56,803 nucleotides of DNA, taken from positions 1 to 56,803 of the forward strand of contig NZ_JACCWG010000161.1 in NCBI RefSeq assembly GCF_013697775.1, read 5' to 3'. Each line of letters begins with the position of its first letter. Position 1 is the stretch's first letter. Origin of the DNA: Ramlibacter sp. GTDB lineage: Bacteria > Pseudomonadota > Gammaproteobacteria > Burkholderiales > Burkholderiaceae_C. The notes beneath the pieces are model-generated. The model was not told where the DNA came from. It did no database searches and saw only the letters and a program-made list of their open reading frames with translations. Position numbers and translations under genes: made by a program. Positions 22,056 to 36,020 of this stretch are shown here, piece by piece.

Positions 22056-23522
22056 TCAGCGGGGCAGGTCGCTGAATCCCATCAGGAATTCGTCGACCGA
22101 CCGCGCGGCCTGCCGGCCTTCGCGAATCGCCCACACCACCAGGCTCTGGCCGCGGCGCATGTCGCCGGCGGCGAACACATTGGGCACGCTGGTGGCGTAG
22201 CCGCCGGTGAAGTCGGTCGTGGCCTTGGCGTTGCCGCGCGCGTCCTTGTCGATGCCGAAGCCTTCCAGGATGGATTGCACCGGGCTCACGAACCCCATGG
22301 CCAGCAGCACCAGGTCGGCCTTGAGCACCTGCTCGCTGCCGGGCACTTCGACCATCTTGCCGTCCTTCCACTCCACGCGGACGGTCTTCAGCGCCGTGAT
22401 CTTGCCTTTTTCACCGATGAACTCCTTGGTGGCGATGGCGAATTCGCGCTCGCAGCCTTCCTCGTGGCTGGAGCTGGTGCGCATCTTGTACGGCCAGTAC
22501 GGCCAGGTGAGCGGCCGGTTCTCTTCTTCCGGCGGCTGCGGCATCAGCTCGAACTGCGTGACGCTCGCCGCGCCATGGCGGTTGCTGGTGCCCACGCAGT
22601 CCGAGCCGGTGTCCCCGCCGCCGATCACGATGACGTGCTTGCCGTCGGCGCGCAGCTGGCCCTTGACCTTGTCGCCGGCGTTCACTTTGTTTTGTTGCGG
22701 CAGGAACTCCATCGCGAAATGGATGCCGTCCAGCTCGCGGCCCGGTGCCGGCAAGTCGCGCGACTGCTCGGCGCCGCCGGCCAGCAGCACGGCGTCGAAG
22801 TCCTTTTGCAGCTGCTCGGGCGCGATGGTGTCCTTGGCCCAGTTGGTGACTTTGGAGTCCTTGGGCAGCTTGCCGATCATCACGCCGGTGCGGATGGTGA
22901 CACCCTCGGCCTTCATCTGCTCGACGCGCCGATCGATATGGGACTTCTCCATCTTGAAGTCGGGAATGCCGTAGCGCAGCAGGCCGCCGACGCGGTCATT
23001 CTTCTCGAACAGGGTCACGTCGTGGCCGGCGCGCGCGAGTTGCTGCGCCGCTGCCATGCCGGCCGGGCCGGAGCCGACCACCGCCACCTTCTTGCCGGTC
23101 CTGATGCGCGCGACGCGCGGCTTCACCCAGCCGTGTTCCCAGGCACGGTCGATGATGGCGTGCTCGATCGACTTGATGCCGACCGCGTCGTCGTTCACGT
23201 TCAGCGTGCAGGCCGCCTCGCAGGGCGCGGGGCAGATGCGGCCGGTGAACTCCGGGAAGTTGTTGGTGGAGTCCAGCACCGCCCAGGCGTTGGCCCAGTC
23301 CTGCCGGTACACCAGGTCGTTGAAGTCCGGAATGATGTTGTTGACCGGGCAGCCGCTGTTGCAGAACGGCGTGCCGCAGTCCATGCAGCGCGCGCCCTGC
23401 ACCTTGGCCTGCTCGTCGCTCAGGCCGATGACGAATTCCTTGTAGTGCTTCACGCGCTCGGGCGCGGGCTTGTAGCCCTCCTCGACGCGTTCGTACTCCA
23501 TGAAGCCGGTGACTTTTCCCAT
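22056..23522 (-). CDS. gltD: Glutamate synthase small subunit
   Basis: [23 protein letters not shown] and [15 protein letters not shown]. Confidence 0.97.
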   Translation of the reverse strand: MGKVTGFMEYERVEEGYKPAPERVKHYKEFVIGLSDEQAKVQGARCMDCGTPFCNSGCPVNNIIPDFNDLVYRQDWANAWAVLDSTNNFPEFTGRICPAPCEAACTLNVNDDAVGIKSIEHAIIDRAWEHGWVKPRVARIRTGKKVAVVGSGPAGMAAAQQLARAGHDVTLFEKNDRVGGLLRYGIPDFKMEKSHIDRRVEQMKAEGVTIRTGVMIGKLPKDSKVTNWAKDTIAPEQLQKDFDAVLLAGGAEQSRDLPAPGRELDGIHFAMEFLPQQNKVNAGDKVKGQLRADGKHVIVIGGGDTGSDCVGTSNRHGAASVTQFELMPQPPEEENRPLTWPYWPYKMRTSSSHEEGCEREFAIATKEFIGEKGKITALKTVRVEWKDGKMVEVPGSEQVLKADLVLLAMGFVSPVQSILEGFGIDKDARGNAKATTDFTGGYATSVPNVFAAGDMRRGQSLVVWAIREGRQAARSVDEFLMGFSDLPR

Positions 23523-23539
23523 GGTGCGTGTCCGTCCTC

Positions 23540-28273
<4,734 letters not shown>

Positions 28274-28304
28274 GGCGCACTCCTGAAAAGCTCGGGGAAA
28301 CCCG

Positions 28305-28333
28305 AGGATAGTGCAGTGCAACACGAACGCCAA
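28305..28333 (-). promoter_or_regulatory. Candidate gltBD promoter: sigma54-like TGGC-N7-TTGCA (28317-28332) overlapping sigma70-like TTGGCG-N17-TATCCT
   Basis: GG-N10-GC spacing exact; 17-nt spacer for the alternative reading. Confidence 0.45.
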
Positions 28334-28337
28334 GCAA

Positions 28338-28361
28338 AATAATTGGGGTCAGATTCTAATT
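28338..28361 (+). repeat. Left inverted repeat AATAATTGGGGTCAGATTCTAATT flanking the Y1 transposase
   Basis: 22/24 match to the reverse complement of 29118-29141; internally an imperfect palindrome. Confidence 0.88.
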
Positions 28362-28401
28362 AATTTACCAACTCTTAACTGCCAAGTAAATTAGGGACGG
28401 A

Positions 28402-29103
28402 TTAATCTGCGAGAGGACCAAGCAACGGTGGCCTCCCCGCCCTTCCCTTGCTGACCCGCCTTTCCGTCCTTCGCTGCAGGTCTTGCACATAGTCCTGCTC
28501 TCCTAGAGCCCAGCCCCGTATCGCCGAGTCAGTGAGCGCCTTCTGCTGCGCAGAAGACAAACCACTGCGGACGAGCTGCTGGTAAGCCACCTCGCGCGCA
28601 AATGGCGTGTTCCCCAGCTCCCAGTACAGCGGATGCGGTGTCACCAGCTTGTCGGGCCGCTTGCCGACGTAATGCGCGTGGCTGGACCACGGATAGTCGG
28701 CCGGGTCGGCGACCATCCCGGCACGCACCGGATTCAGATCGATGTAAACCATGCACGCCAAAAGATAGCGCTCGGCCTGGATCAGGGTGGACCTGTAGCG
28801 GCCCTCCCACAGCGTGCCGGTGCGCGCATGCCGCTGGTTGAAATAACGCACGTAGCTGCGTCCTACGGCCTGCATCAACTTCGGCACGCCGTCGTCGGAT
28901 TGGGGCGTCGCCAGCAGATGGAAGTGATTGCTCATCAGCACATAGGCATGCAGCGCGACCTGATGCTTCCTGGCGTGTTCGTCCAGCAGGCCGAGCACCA
29001 CCTCGTAGTCTGCATTCGACGCGAAGATCGCCTGCCGGTTGTTTCCCCGCTGGATGATGTGGTGCGGGTAACCGGGAACAGTGAGGCGTGGGAGACGGGC
29101 CAT
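28402..29103 (-). CDS. HUH/Y1 REP-associated-type tyrosine transposase (IS200/IS605 superfamily, RAYT-like)
   Basis: QRGNNR, NHFHLL (HUH), LWEGRY, YIDLNPVRAG (catalytic Tyr) and YPWSS. Confidence 0.93.
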   Translation of the reverse strand: MARLPRLTVPGYPHHIIQRGNNRQAIFASNADYEVVLGLLDEHARKHQVALHAYVLMSNHFHLLATPQSDDGVPKLMQAVGRSYVRYFNQRHARTGTLWEGRYRSTLIQAERYLLACMVYIDLNPVRAGMVADPADYPWSSHAHYVGKRPDKLVTPHPLYWELGNTPFAREVAYQQLVRSGLSSAQQKALTDSAIRGWALGEQDYVQDLQRRTERRVSKGRAGRPPLLGPLAD

Positions 29104-29117
29104 ATCGACCCATCATA

Positions 29118-29141
29118 AATTGGAGTCTGACCCCAATTATT
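29118..29141 (-). repeat. Right inverted repeat (minus strand AATAATTGGGGTCAGACTCCAATT)
   Basis: Imperfect palindrome AATTGGAGTC-T-GACCCCAATT; contains the TAA stop of the upstream methyltransferase. Confidence 0.88.
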
Positions 29142-30015
29142 GGAGGGCTGGAAAGCGTTGCCGCTCCAGGTCCTGCAGGCCGAACTCCGCGAGCACGGCG
29201 CGCAGGCGTTCGGCGGCACTGGATTTGCGCTGGCCGGTGTGTCTGGCCAGGATCAGCTCGTTCTTCATGCTGTGCTCCCAGCCCACCAGTTCGGTCACGG
29301 TCACCTGGTAACCCATGGCTTCCAGGTACAGGCAGCGCAGCACATTGGTGAGCTGGCTGCCCAGCTCGCGGGTGTGCAGCGGATGCCGCCACAGCTCGGC
29401 CAGCGGGGTGCGCGACAGCGACAAGGCTTTGTTCTGCCGCAGGCAGGCGGCGACTTCAGCCTGGCAGCACGGAACCAGCACCATGCAGCGCGCGTTCTTG
29501 CGCAGGCCGAACGCGATGGCGTCGTCCGTGGCCGTGTCGCAGGCATGCAGCGCCGTGACGACGTCGAAGCGCTCGGGCAGGCCCGGCACATCGGCCGCAT
29601 CGGCCGCACTGATGTTGAGGAACGACATGCGCGCGAACCCGAGCCGGGCCGCCAGTTCGCGCGAGCGCTGCACCAGGTCGTCGCGCGTCTCGATGCCCCA
29701 GATGTGCCCCGCGTCGCGCTGCTTGAAGAACAGGTCGTACAGGATGAACCCAAGGTACGACTTGCCGGCGCCATGGTCCGCCACCGTCGGGCCTTCTCCT
29801 TCGGGCGACGGCGGCAGCTCCAGCAACAGCTTTTCGATGAATTGGTACAGGTGGTAGACCTGCTTGAGCTTGCGGCGCGAGTCCTGGTTCATCCGCCCTT
29901 CGCGGGTGAGGACGTGCAGCTCCTTCAGCAGCTCGACCGACTGGCCGGGTCGCAACTCCTGCAGTTCCGCCGCCACGGGCTTCTCCTTCTGCTTTTCCTT
30001 GTGCTTCGCCGTCAT
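29137..30015 (-). CDS. Class I SAM-dependent methyltransferase (Methyltransf_32-like)
   Basis: ADHGAGKSYL, ALHACDTATD and VPCCQ. Confidence 0.85.
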   Translation of the reverse strand: MTAKHKEKQKEKPVAAELQELRPGQSVELLKELHVLTREGRMNQDSRRKLKQVYHLYQFIEKLLLELPPSPEGEGPTVADHGAGKSYLGFILYDLFFKQRDAGHIWGIETRDDLVQRSRELAARLGFARMSFLNISAADAADVPGLPERFDVVTALHACDTATDDAIAFGLRKNARCMVLVPCCQAEVAACLRQNKALSLSRTPLAELWRHPLHTRELGSQLTNVLRCLYLEAMGYQVTVTELVGWEHSMKNELILARHTGQRKSSAAERLRAVLAEFGLQDLERQRFPALQ

Positions 30016-30569
30016 CGCGCCGGCCCCACGTCCAAAGCCGCCCAGCCCTCGGCGCCCAGGCGCTCAAGGGTCGCGACGTTGGCCTCGTAGATGTCCGCCG
30101 GATCCGGGAACGCGCTGACCGCACGGTCGATGCTGTCTTCGCGCAGCAGGTGCAGGATGGGATACGGCGCGCGGTTGGTCCGATTGCCCGGATCGTCGTC
30201 CTCATTGCCCGCGAACACATAGCGCGGATGGAATTCGGCCAGCTGGAGAACACCTTCCAGCCGGCGCTTGCGCAGCAGGCGCTGCGCCGGCTGTACGAGC
30301 GCGGTGAAGTCCAGGAAATCGTCGAACCCATGCGGCACGATCAGCAAGGTGGTGTCCCGCTGCTGCGGCACGCAGGCCAGCAGCGCGTCCAGCTCCCGCC
30401 CCAGGTCCTCGAGCACACCCGGCACGTCGCGTGCGTAGCTAACGGCGAAGTGCACCTGCTGCTTCACGACCACCGCCTTGGCGAAGGGGCACAGGTTGAG
30501 GCCGATCACGGCGCGCTCCAGCCACCGGCGGGTGGCCTCCACAACAGCTTGCATGGACGTGGGACTCAC
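30012..30569 (-). CDS. DUF1415-family protein
   Basis: WLERAVIGLNLCPFA, FHP.Y.F and NRAPYPILHLLRE. Confidence 0.88.
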   Translation of the reverse strand: MSPTSMQAVVEATRRWLERAVIGLNLCPFAKAVVVKQQVHFAVSYARDVPGVLEDLGRELDALLACVPQQRDTTLLIVPHGFDDFLDFTALVQPAQRLLRKRRLEGVLQLAEFHPRYVFAGNEDDDPGNRTNRAPYPILHLLREDSIDRAVSAFPDPADIYEANVATLERLGAEGWAALDVGPAR

Positions 30570-31213
30570 GCGAACCGGCTGGGTTCCGACACGATGCGCT
30601 TGGCCAGCTCGTCCAGCAGCGACTGGTTGACCCGCTCGGCCGGCCAGCGCGCGTTGACGATCTCGAAGCCCGCGGTGTTGAGCAGGCGGAACGCGAGCTG
30701 GCCGTCATCGTGCTCGGCGGTCACGTGCACGCTGGCGCGCGTCTGCGTCATGTACTCGAAGCGGATCGCGCGCAGCACGTTCTTGGCCGGGTCGCGCACC
30801 TCCTGCCGGTCGTGCTTCACCGGGCCCATGGCCAGGCGCGACTCCACGCGCTGCAGGTCGGGCGGAAAGTTGACGCTGACCACGCCGGCCACCGGTTCGC
30901 CGATCTGCGGAACCACCTGCCCGCCCATGGCGATGTAGGCGCACGACTCGCGGCCGCGCACGCTCTTGCGGCGCGCGTCCACCCGGAAATCCACCAGCTT
31001 CATCGCCGGCCACGGCGTCTTGCCGTCCAGGCTGAACGGCGGCGCGGACGGCTGCAGCACGTTGAGCTGGCGCGCCAGATCCTTCAGATACGACAACACC
31101 GCATCGCAGGCGGCCTCGGTTTTTGCGGCACGCTCCTCCAGTTGCGAGTCCTGCTGCTCGCGCTGGCCCTGCGCCGCCTTGGCCTGCGACTTCAGTTGGT
31201 TGAGAAAGCTCAT
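30566..31213 (-). CDS. Hypothetical protein with N-terminal helical/coiled-coil region
   Basis: 215-aa ORF with natural composition; stop overlaps the next GTG start. Confidence 0.75.
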   Translation of the reverse strand: MSFLNQLKSQAKAAQGQREQQDSQLEERAAKTEAACDAVLSYLKDLARQLNVLQPSAPPFSLDGKTPWPAMKLVDFRVDARRKSVRGRESCAYIAMGGQVVPQIGEPVAGVVSVNFPPDLQRVESRLAMGPVKHDRQEVRDPAKNVLRAIRFEYMTQTRASVHVTAEHDDGQLAFRLLNTAGFEIVNARWPAERVNQSLLDELAKRIVSEPSRFA

Positions 31214-31281
31214 GAAAATGTATCCACCCGTACTTGCGGCCGATGATAGGGGATGGACGGGAGAGAGACAGGCCAACCAGC

Positions 31282-32412
31282 CTACAGGGGCAGCTTGCGC
31301 CCGGTCAGGCGCTCGTGCTCGCGCAGCGCGAAACGATCAGTCATGCCGGCGATGTAGTCGGCCACGGCGCGCGGCGCATCGGCGCGGGCGGCAAAGCCTG
31401 CCTGCATCTCGCCCGGCACTTCCCGGTACGCGGCGAACAGCTCGCGCACCACCTGCTTGGCCTGGTCGGTCTTGGCCATGACCTGCGGGTGGCGATACAG
31501 GTTGGCCAGCAGGAAGCGCTTCAGTTCGGCCGAGCGCGCGCGCATGGCGTCGCTGAACAGCACCAGCGGCGGCGCTGCGCGCGCCTGGTCCGCGTCCGCC
31601 GGCGCCGCGCGCGCGATCGCCACCCGCGTCGCGGCGATGACGTCGTACACCTGGGCGCTCAGCATGCGGCGGATCGCCTCGTACAGCAGGCGGCGGCCTT
31701 GCAGCTGCGGATGCTCACCCAGCGTCTCGCGGCAGTAGTGGTCGAACAGTTCGACCCCGCGCACCTGCTCCAGCGTGATGAGACCGGAACGCACGCCGTC
31801 GTCGATGTCGTGCGCGTTGTAGGCGATCTCGTCGGCCAGGTTGCACAGCTGCGCCTCCAGCCCCGGCTGCGTGCGGTCCAGGAAGCGCCGCGCCACGCCG
31901 TTGGGCTCCCTGGCTTCCAGCAGTTGCGCATTGGCGCGCGAGCAGTGCTTGAGCACACCCTCGCGCGTCTCGAAGGTGAGGTTCAGGCCGTCGAATCGCG
32001 GGTAGCGCTCCTCCAGCGCATCGACCACGCGCAGGCTTTGCAGGTTGTGCTCGAAGCCGCCGTGGCCGGCCATGCAATCGTTGAGCGCATCCTGCCCCGC
32101 ATGGCCGAACGGCGTGTGCCCCAGGTCGTGCGCCAGCGCGATCGCTTCCACCAGGTCTTCGTTCAGCGCCAGCGGCCGCGCCATGGAGCGCGCCAGCTGC
32201 GCCACCTCGATGGAATGCGTCAGCCGCGTGCGGAACAGGTCGCCCTCGTGGTTCAGGAACACCTGGGTCTTGTAGACCAGGCGCCGGAACGCGGTGGAAT
32301 GCACGATCCGGTCGCGGTCGCGCTGGTGCTCGGTGCGCGTGGGCGCCGGCGCCTCCGGAAAGCGCCTGCCGCGCGAACGCGCGGGATCGCTGGCGTACGG
32401 TGCGAGCGCCAT
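31282..32412 (-). CDS. dgt: Deoxyguanosinetriphosphate triphosphohydrolase (HD domain)
   Basis: RDRDRI.HS.AFRRL.YKTQV, HDLGHTPFGHAG and DYIAGMTD. Confidence 0.95.
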   Translation of the reverse strand: MALAPYASDPARSRGRRFPEAPAPTRTEHQRDRDRIVHSTAFRRLVYKTQVFLNHEGDLFRTRLTHSIEVAQLARSMARPLALNEDLVEAIALAHDLGHTPFGHAGQDALNDCMAGHGGFEHNLQSLRVVDALEERYPRFDGLNLTFETREGVLKHCSRANAQLLEAREPNGVARRFLDRTQPGLEAQLCNLADEIAYNAHDIDDGVRSGLITLEQVRGVELFDHYCRETLGEHPQLQGRRLLYEAIRRMLSAQVYDVIAATRVAIARAAPADADQARAAPPLVLFSDAMRARSAELKRFLLANLYRHPQVMAKTDQAKQVVRELFAAYREVPGEMQAGFAARADAPRAVADYIAGMTDRFALREHERLTGRKLPL

Positions 32413-32420
32413 GCCAGGCT

Positions 32421-33539
32421 TCAGCGGCAGCAGGCTGCGAGCACGTCGCGCACCAGCGCGTCGGGCGCGCCGCGCACCGCCGCCTCGCCCGGGCGCGCGA
32501 TGACCACGAAGCGAATCTCGCCGCCTTCGGCCTTCTTGTCCACGCGCATCAGCTCCAGGTAGCGGTCCGCGCCCAGCGCGGGTCCGGTGACCGGCAGCCC
32601 GGCACGCTCGATGAGGGTGGTCACCCGCCGCACATAAGCCGCATCCACCAGGCCCAGCCGCTGCGACAGCTGCAGCGCCATCACCATGCCGCAGCCCACA
32701 GCTTCGCCGTGCAGCCACTGCCCGTAGCCCATGCCGGCCTCGATCGCGTGGCCGAAGGTGTGGCCGAAATTCAGGATGGCGCGCAGGCCGCCTTCGCGCT
32801 CGTCCTGGCCGACCACCCAGGCCTTGATCTCGCAGCTGCGGCGCACGGCATGGGCGAGTGCCGCGGGGTCGCGCGCCAGCAGCGCGTCGATATTGGTTTC
32901 GATCCAGTCCAGGAACGCGGCGTCGGCGATCGGGCCGTACTTGATCACTTCCGCCAATCCCGCGCTCAGTTCGCGCAGCGGCAGCGTGTTCAGCACGTCG
33001 AGATCGCACACCACGCGCTGCGGCTGGTAGAACGCGCCGACCATGTTCTTGCCCAGCGGATGGTTGATCGCCGTCTTGCCGCCAACCGACGAGTCGACCT
33101 GCGCCAGCAAGGTGGTGGGGACCTGCACGAACGGCACGCCACGCATGTAGCAGGCGGCGGCAAAGCCGGCCATGTCCCCCACCACGCCGCCACCAAGGGC
33201 GAACAGCACGGTCTTGCGGTCGCAGCCGTTGGCCAGTAGCGCGTCGAAAATGAGGTTGAGCGTGCTCCAGTCCTTGCGGTCTTCGCCGTCCGGCAGCGTG
33301 ACCGTGTGCACGGTCTTGTAGCGGTTCGCAAGCGCGGCGCGCAGCCGCGCCTCGTACAGCGGCGCGACCACGGTGTTGGTGACGATCAGTGCCGCGGCGG
33401 CGGCAGGCAGGCCGTCCCAGCTGCGCGGGTCGTCGAGCAGGCCGGCGCCGATGTCGATGGCATAGCTGCGCTCCCCCAGGTCGATGGGGACGCGCTGCAA
33501 GGCGACGGGATTGGAAGGACTGTCGGAAAGCGGGGGCAT
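32421..33539 (-). CDS. aroB: 3-dehydroquinate synthase
   Basis: [33 protein letters not shown] and HGEAV. Confidence 0.97.
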   Translation of the reverse strand: MPPLSDSPSNPVALQRVPIDLGERSYAIDIGAGLLDDPRSWDGLPAAAAALIVTNTVVAPLYEARLRAALANRYKTVHTVTLPDGEDRKDWSTLNLIFDALLANGCDRKTVLFALGGGVVGDMAGFAAACYMRGVPFVQVPTTLLAQVDSSVGGKTAINHPLGKNMVGAFYQPQRVVCDLDVLNTLPLRELSAGLAEVIKYGPIADAAFLDWIETNIDALLARDPAALAHAVRRSCEIKAWVVGQDEREGGLRAILNFGHTFGHAIEAGMGYGQWLHGEAVGCGMVMALQLSQRLGLVDAAYVRRVTTLIERAGLPVTGPALGADRYLELMRVDKKAEGGEIRFVVIARPGEAAVRGAPDALVRDVLAACCR

Positions 33540-33548
33540 GCCCGCAGT

Positions 33549-34079
33549 TTACGGGCGCGGCGGCAAGGCGCCGGCCAGCTCCAGCTGCATCAGGACCATG
33601 TTTGCCAGGGTGGCTGCCGACGACCGCCCCGCTTCCACGACGAAATGCGCCGTCCCGCGGTAGAGCGGGTCGCGTTGCTCGTACATCTCGCGCAGGCGCG
33701 CCAGCGGGTCGGCAACCTGCAGCAGCGGACGCTGCGTGTCGCGCTTGAGCCGGCGAAACAGCTCGTCCGGTAAAACATGCAGGTAGACGACGGAACCGCC
33801 GGCGTGCAGCCGCTGCCGGTTGGCAGGCCGCAACACGGCCCCGCCGCCTGTGGCAAGCACGCCTCCTCCTTGCGCAACCAGATCGCTGATCACTTCTTCC
33901 TCGACGTCGCGGAAGGCGGCCTCGCCTTCGCGTTCGAAAAAAGAACGGATCGAGCAGCCGATGCGCTGCTCGATCAGGTGATCGGAGTCCAGAAACGACA
34001 ACGCCAGCCGGCGAGCCAGCTGGCGTCCGGCAGTGGATTTACCACTGCCGGGGAGGCCGATGAGGGAAAAGCCGGCCAG
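33549..34079 (-). CDS. aroK: Shikimate kinase (start uncertain; probable CTG at 34079)
   Basis: IGLPGSGKST P-loop, EGEAAFRDVE, ATGGG and RPLL; no canonical start between in-frame TAG (34095-34097) and the P-loop. Confidence 0.9.
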   Translation of the reverse strand: MAGFSLIGLPGSGKSTAGRQLARRLALSFLDSDHLIEQRIGCSIRSFFEREGEAAFRDVEEEVISDLVAQGGGVLATGGGAVLRPANRQRLHAGGSVVYLHVLPDELFRRLKRDTQRPLLQVADPLARLREMYEQRDPLYRGTAHFVVEAGRSSAATLANMVLMQLELAGALPPRP

Positions 34080-34108
34080 GCGGATCCCTAGAGGCTAGCG
34101 GTCAAGCG

Positions 34109-35995
34109 TCAAGGGCACGTGCCACCGTTGTCGACGATGGTCAAAGCGCTGGTCGCCGATGCACCCAGACTGTCGATCACGGTAATCGTCACCGCTGTAT
34201 CGGCACTCACGCACTGGTTGCTGAGGGTCACCGTGACCTGGCTGCCAGCGATAGACACCGGAGCGCGAGCCAGATCGCCGGTCAGCACCTTGTACGGGCC
34301 GGTGCCTCCAAAGATGTTCAGCACGACGTTTCCGCTGTATGTCTCGCTGACCGAGAACGCAGCAGGAAGCAGCTGCAAAACCGGTCCCGGCTGGTTCACC
34401 GTCACACTGATCTGCTTCGATGCGCCGGCACTGTCGAACACTGTCACGACGGCAGAACCGCTGGTCATGCCCGTCAGGCGCAGAACCGATCCGGACATGA
34501 TCGCGCCGGTGACTACGCTCGGATTGCTGCTCGAGACGGAGTAAGGTGCCGTGCCTCCACTGACATCGTAGTTCGACGTCGTATTCAAGGCAACAGTGAC
34601 GCCTCCTGACGGAGCTGTCGTCGTCAGCGGCACCACGGTACCCGCGGGCGTCACGGTCACGCCCACAGTGAGAACACTCGCGCCGGCGCTGTCCTGGATC
34701 TGGATTTGCGCCGTTCCGGCAGCAACGCCGGTGATCGTCATCGGGCCATTGCTGGTGGCGGGCGACACGGTAGCGACACTGACGTTGTTGCTCGTGAGGA
34801 AGTAGGACCCCGTGCCGCCGCTGACGGTGAAGTTCTGCGAGGTGCCTGCAGCCATTGTGATGGTTGCAGGAGCCGTCGTGAACAGGCTCGTCGACGTGGA
34901 GTTGTTCGCTGCCGGCACCGTCACGCCGATCGTGGCGGTCGAGCCCAGGCTGTCGCGCACGATGATGTTCGCTGTGCCGGCGCCGACACCATTGATCGTG
35001 AGCACCGTGCCGCTCAGCGAAGCCGTTGCCACCGCCGCGTTGCTGGTCACAACCGTGTAGGGGGCCAGACCGCCGCCGACGTCGTATGTCGGGTGCGAGC
35101 CGATGCCGATCGTCACCGCGGCGGGCGCCGTCGTGAACACGCTGCCCGGCGAGGGAACGGTGACAGTCACGACCACGGTCGCGTTCACGCTGTCGCGGAT
35201 GGTGATGGTGGCGCTGCCCACCGCAGCAGTATGGACCGTCAGCGTGTTGCCGCTCAGGGTGGCCGTTGCCACACCGTTGTTGCTGGAGCTCACCTGGTAG
35301 GCTGCCCCGCCGGTGAACGGAACGCCGCCACCCACCGAGAAGGTGGCCGTGGTGTTGATGGACTGCGTTAGGGTCGCGGGCGCCGTGGTGAAGAGCGCGA
35401 TGTTGCCGACCGTGGTCACCGTCACACCGATCGACACTGTGGTTCCGATCCCGTCGGTCACCAGCACGCTGGTGGTGCCCGGCGTCACGCCGGTGACCCG
35501 CAGGCTGCCGCCGATGATGGAAGCCGATGCAATGTTGGTGTTGGCACTGCGCGCGCTGTATCCAGGTGCGCCACCCGATACGCTGAACGTCTGCGACGCA
35601 CCCATTTCCAATGTGATATTGCTTGGCGCCGAGGTTCCCAGCGGGCGGGCCTGGGCACTCGTCAACGGAATCGTGATGGTGGCGCCGAAGACGTCGCGCA
35701 CCGTGATCGTGGCAGTACCGATGCCGACCGTGCCGATGTACAGAGTGCCGCCCTCCACGCCGGCGACGGCGACCAGTTCGTTGTTGCTGATCGCGCTATA
35801 GGGGGCCTTGCCGCCGGTGATCGAAAAGGAACGCGCCGTGCCGATCAGGATCGTCAAAGGGGTCGGAGCGTTGGTTGCGAGCGCTTGCGGGCCGACGATG
35901 ACGCCGGGTGAACCACCGCCTCCGCCGCACGCGGCGAGCATGGTCGCAAGTAGTAATGTCACCAGATAGGAGAAGAAACGCATGGTGGAACTCAT
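34109..35995 (-). CDS. Lipoprotein with seven tandem Ig-like (Big-type) repeats
   Basis: Lipobox LAAC-GGGGG; ~80-90-aa T/S/G/V-rich repeats TTAP...GG..PY...SN..VA...G.A.I.V.DS. Confidence 0.85.
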   Translation of the reverse strand: MSSTMRFFSYLVTLLLATMLAACGGGGGSPGVIVGPQALATNAPTPLTILIGTARSFSITGGKAPYSAISNNELVAVAGVEGGTLYIGTVGIGTATITVRDVFGATITIPLTSAQARPLGTSAPSNITLEMGASQTFSVSGGAPGYSARSANTNIASASIIGGSLRVTGVTPGTTSVLVTDGIGTTVSIGVTVTTVGNIALFTTAPATLTQSINTTATFSVGGGVPFTGGAAYQVSSSNNGVATATLSGNTLTVHTAAVGSATITIRDSVNATVVVTVTVPSPGSVFTTAPAAVTIGIGSHPTYDVGGGLAPYTVVTSNAAVATASLSGTVLTINGVGAGTANIIVRDSLGSTATIGVTVPAANNSTSTSLFTTAPATITMAAGTSQNFTVSGGTGSYFLTSNNVSVATVSPATSNGPMTITGVAAGTAQIQIQDSAGASVLTVGVTVTPAGTVVPLTTTAPSGGVTVALNTTSNYDVSGGTAPYSVSSSNPSVVTGAIMSGSVLRLTGMTSGSAVVTVFDSAGASKQISVTVNQPGPVLQLLPAAFSVSETYSGNVVLNIFGGTGPYKVLTGDLARAPVSIAGSQVTVTLSNQCVSADTAVTITVIDSLGASATSALTIVDNGGTCP

Positions 35996-36020
35996 GGATG
36001 GGTGGTGGTGATTGATCTGG

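Larger units (their letters stand above)
28338..29141. mobile_element. Y1 transposase cassette bounded by short terminal inverted repeats with a GGGGTCAG core
   Basis: Single tnpA-Y1 gene between two inverted 24-mers; no target duplication seen; mobility unproven. Confidence 0.65.

Noticed and set aside
28338-29141. CRISPR array or REP/BIME cluster around the transposase
   Set aside because: Only two repeat copies, in inverted orientation; no spacers, no cas genes and no GTAG-tagged REPs seen.
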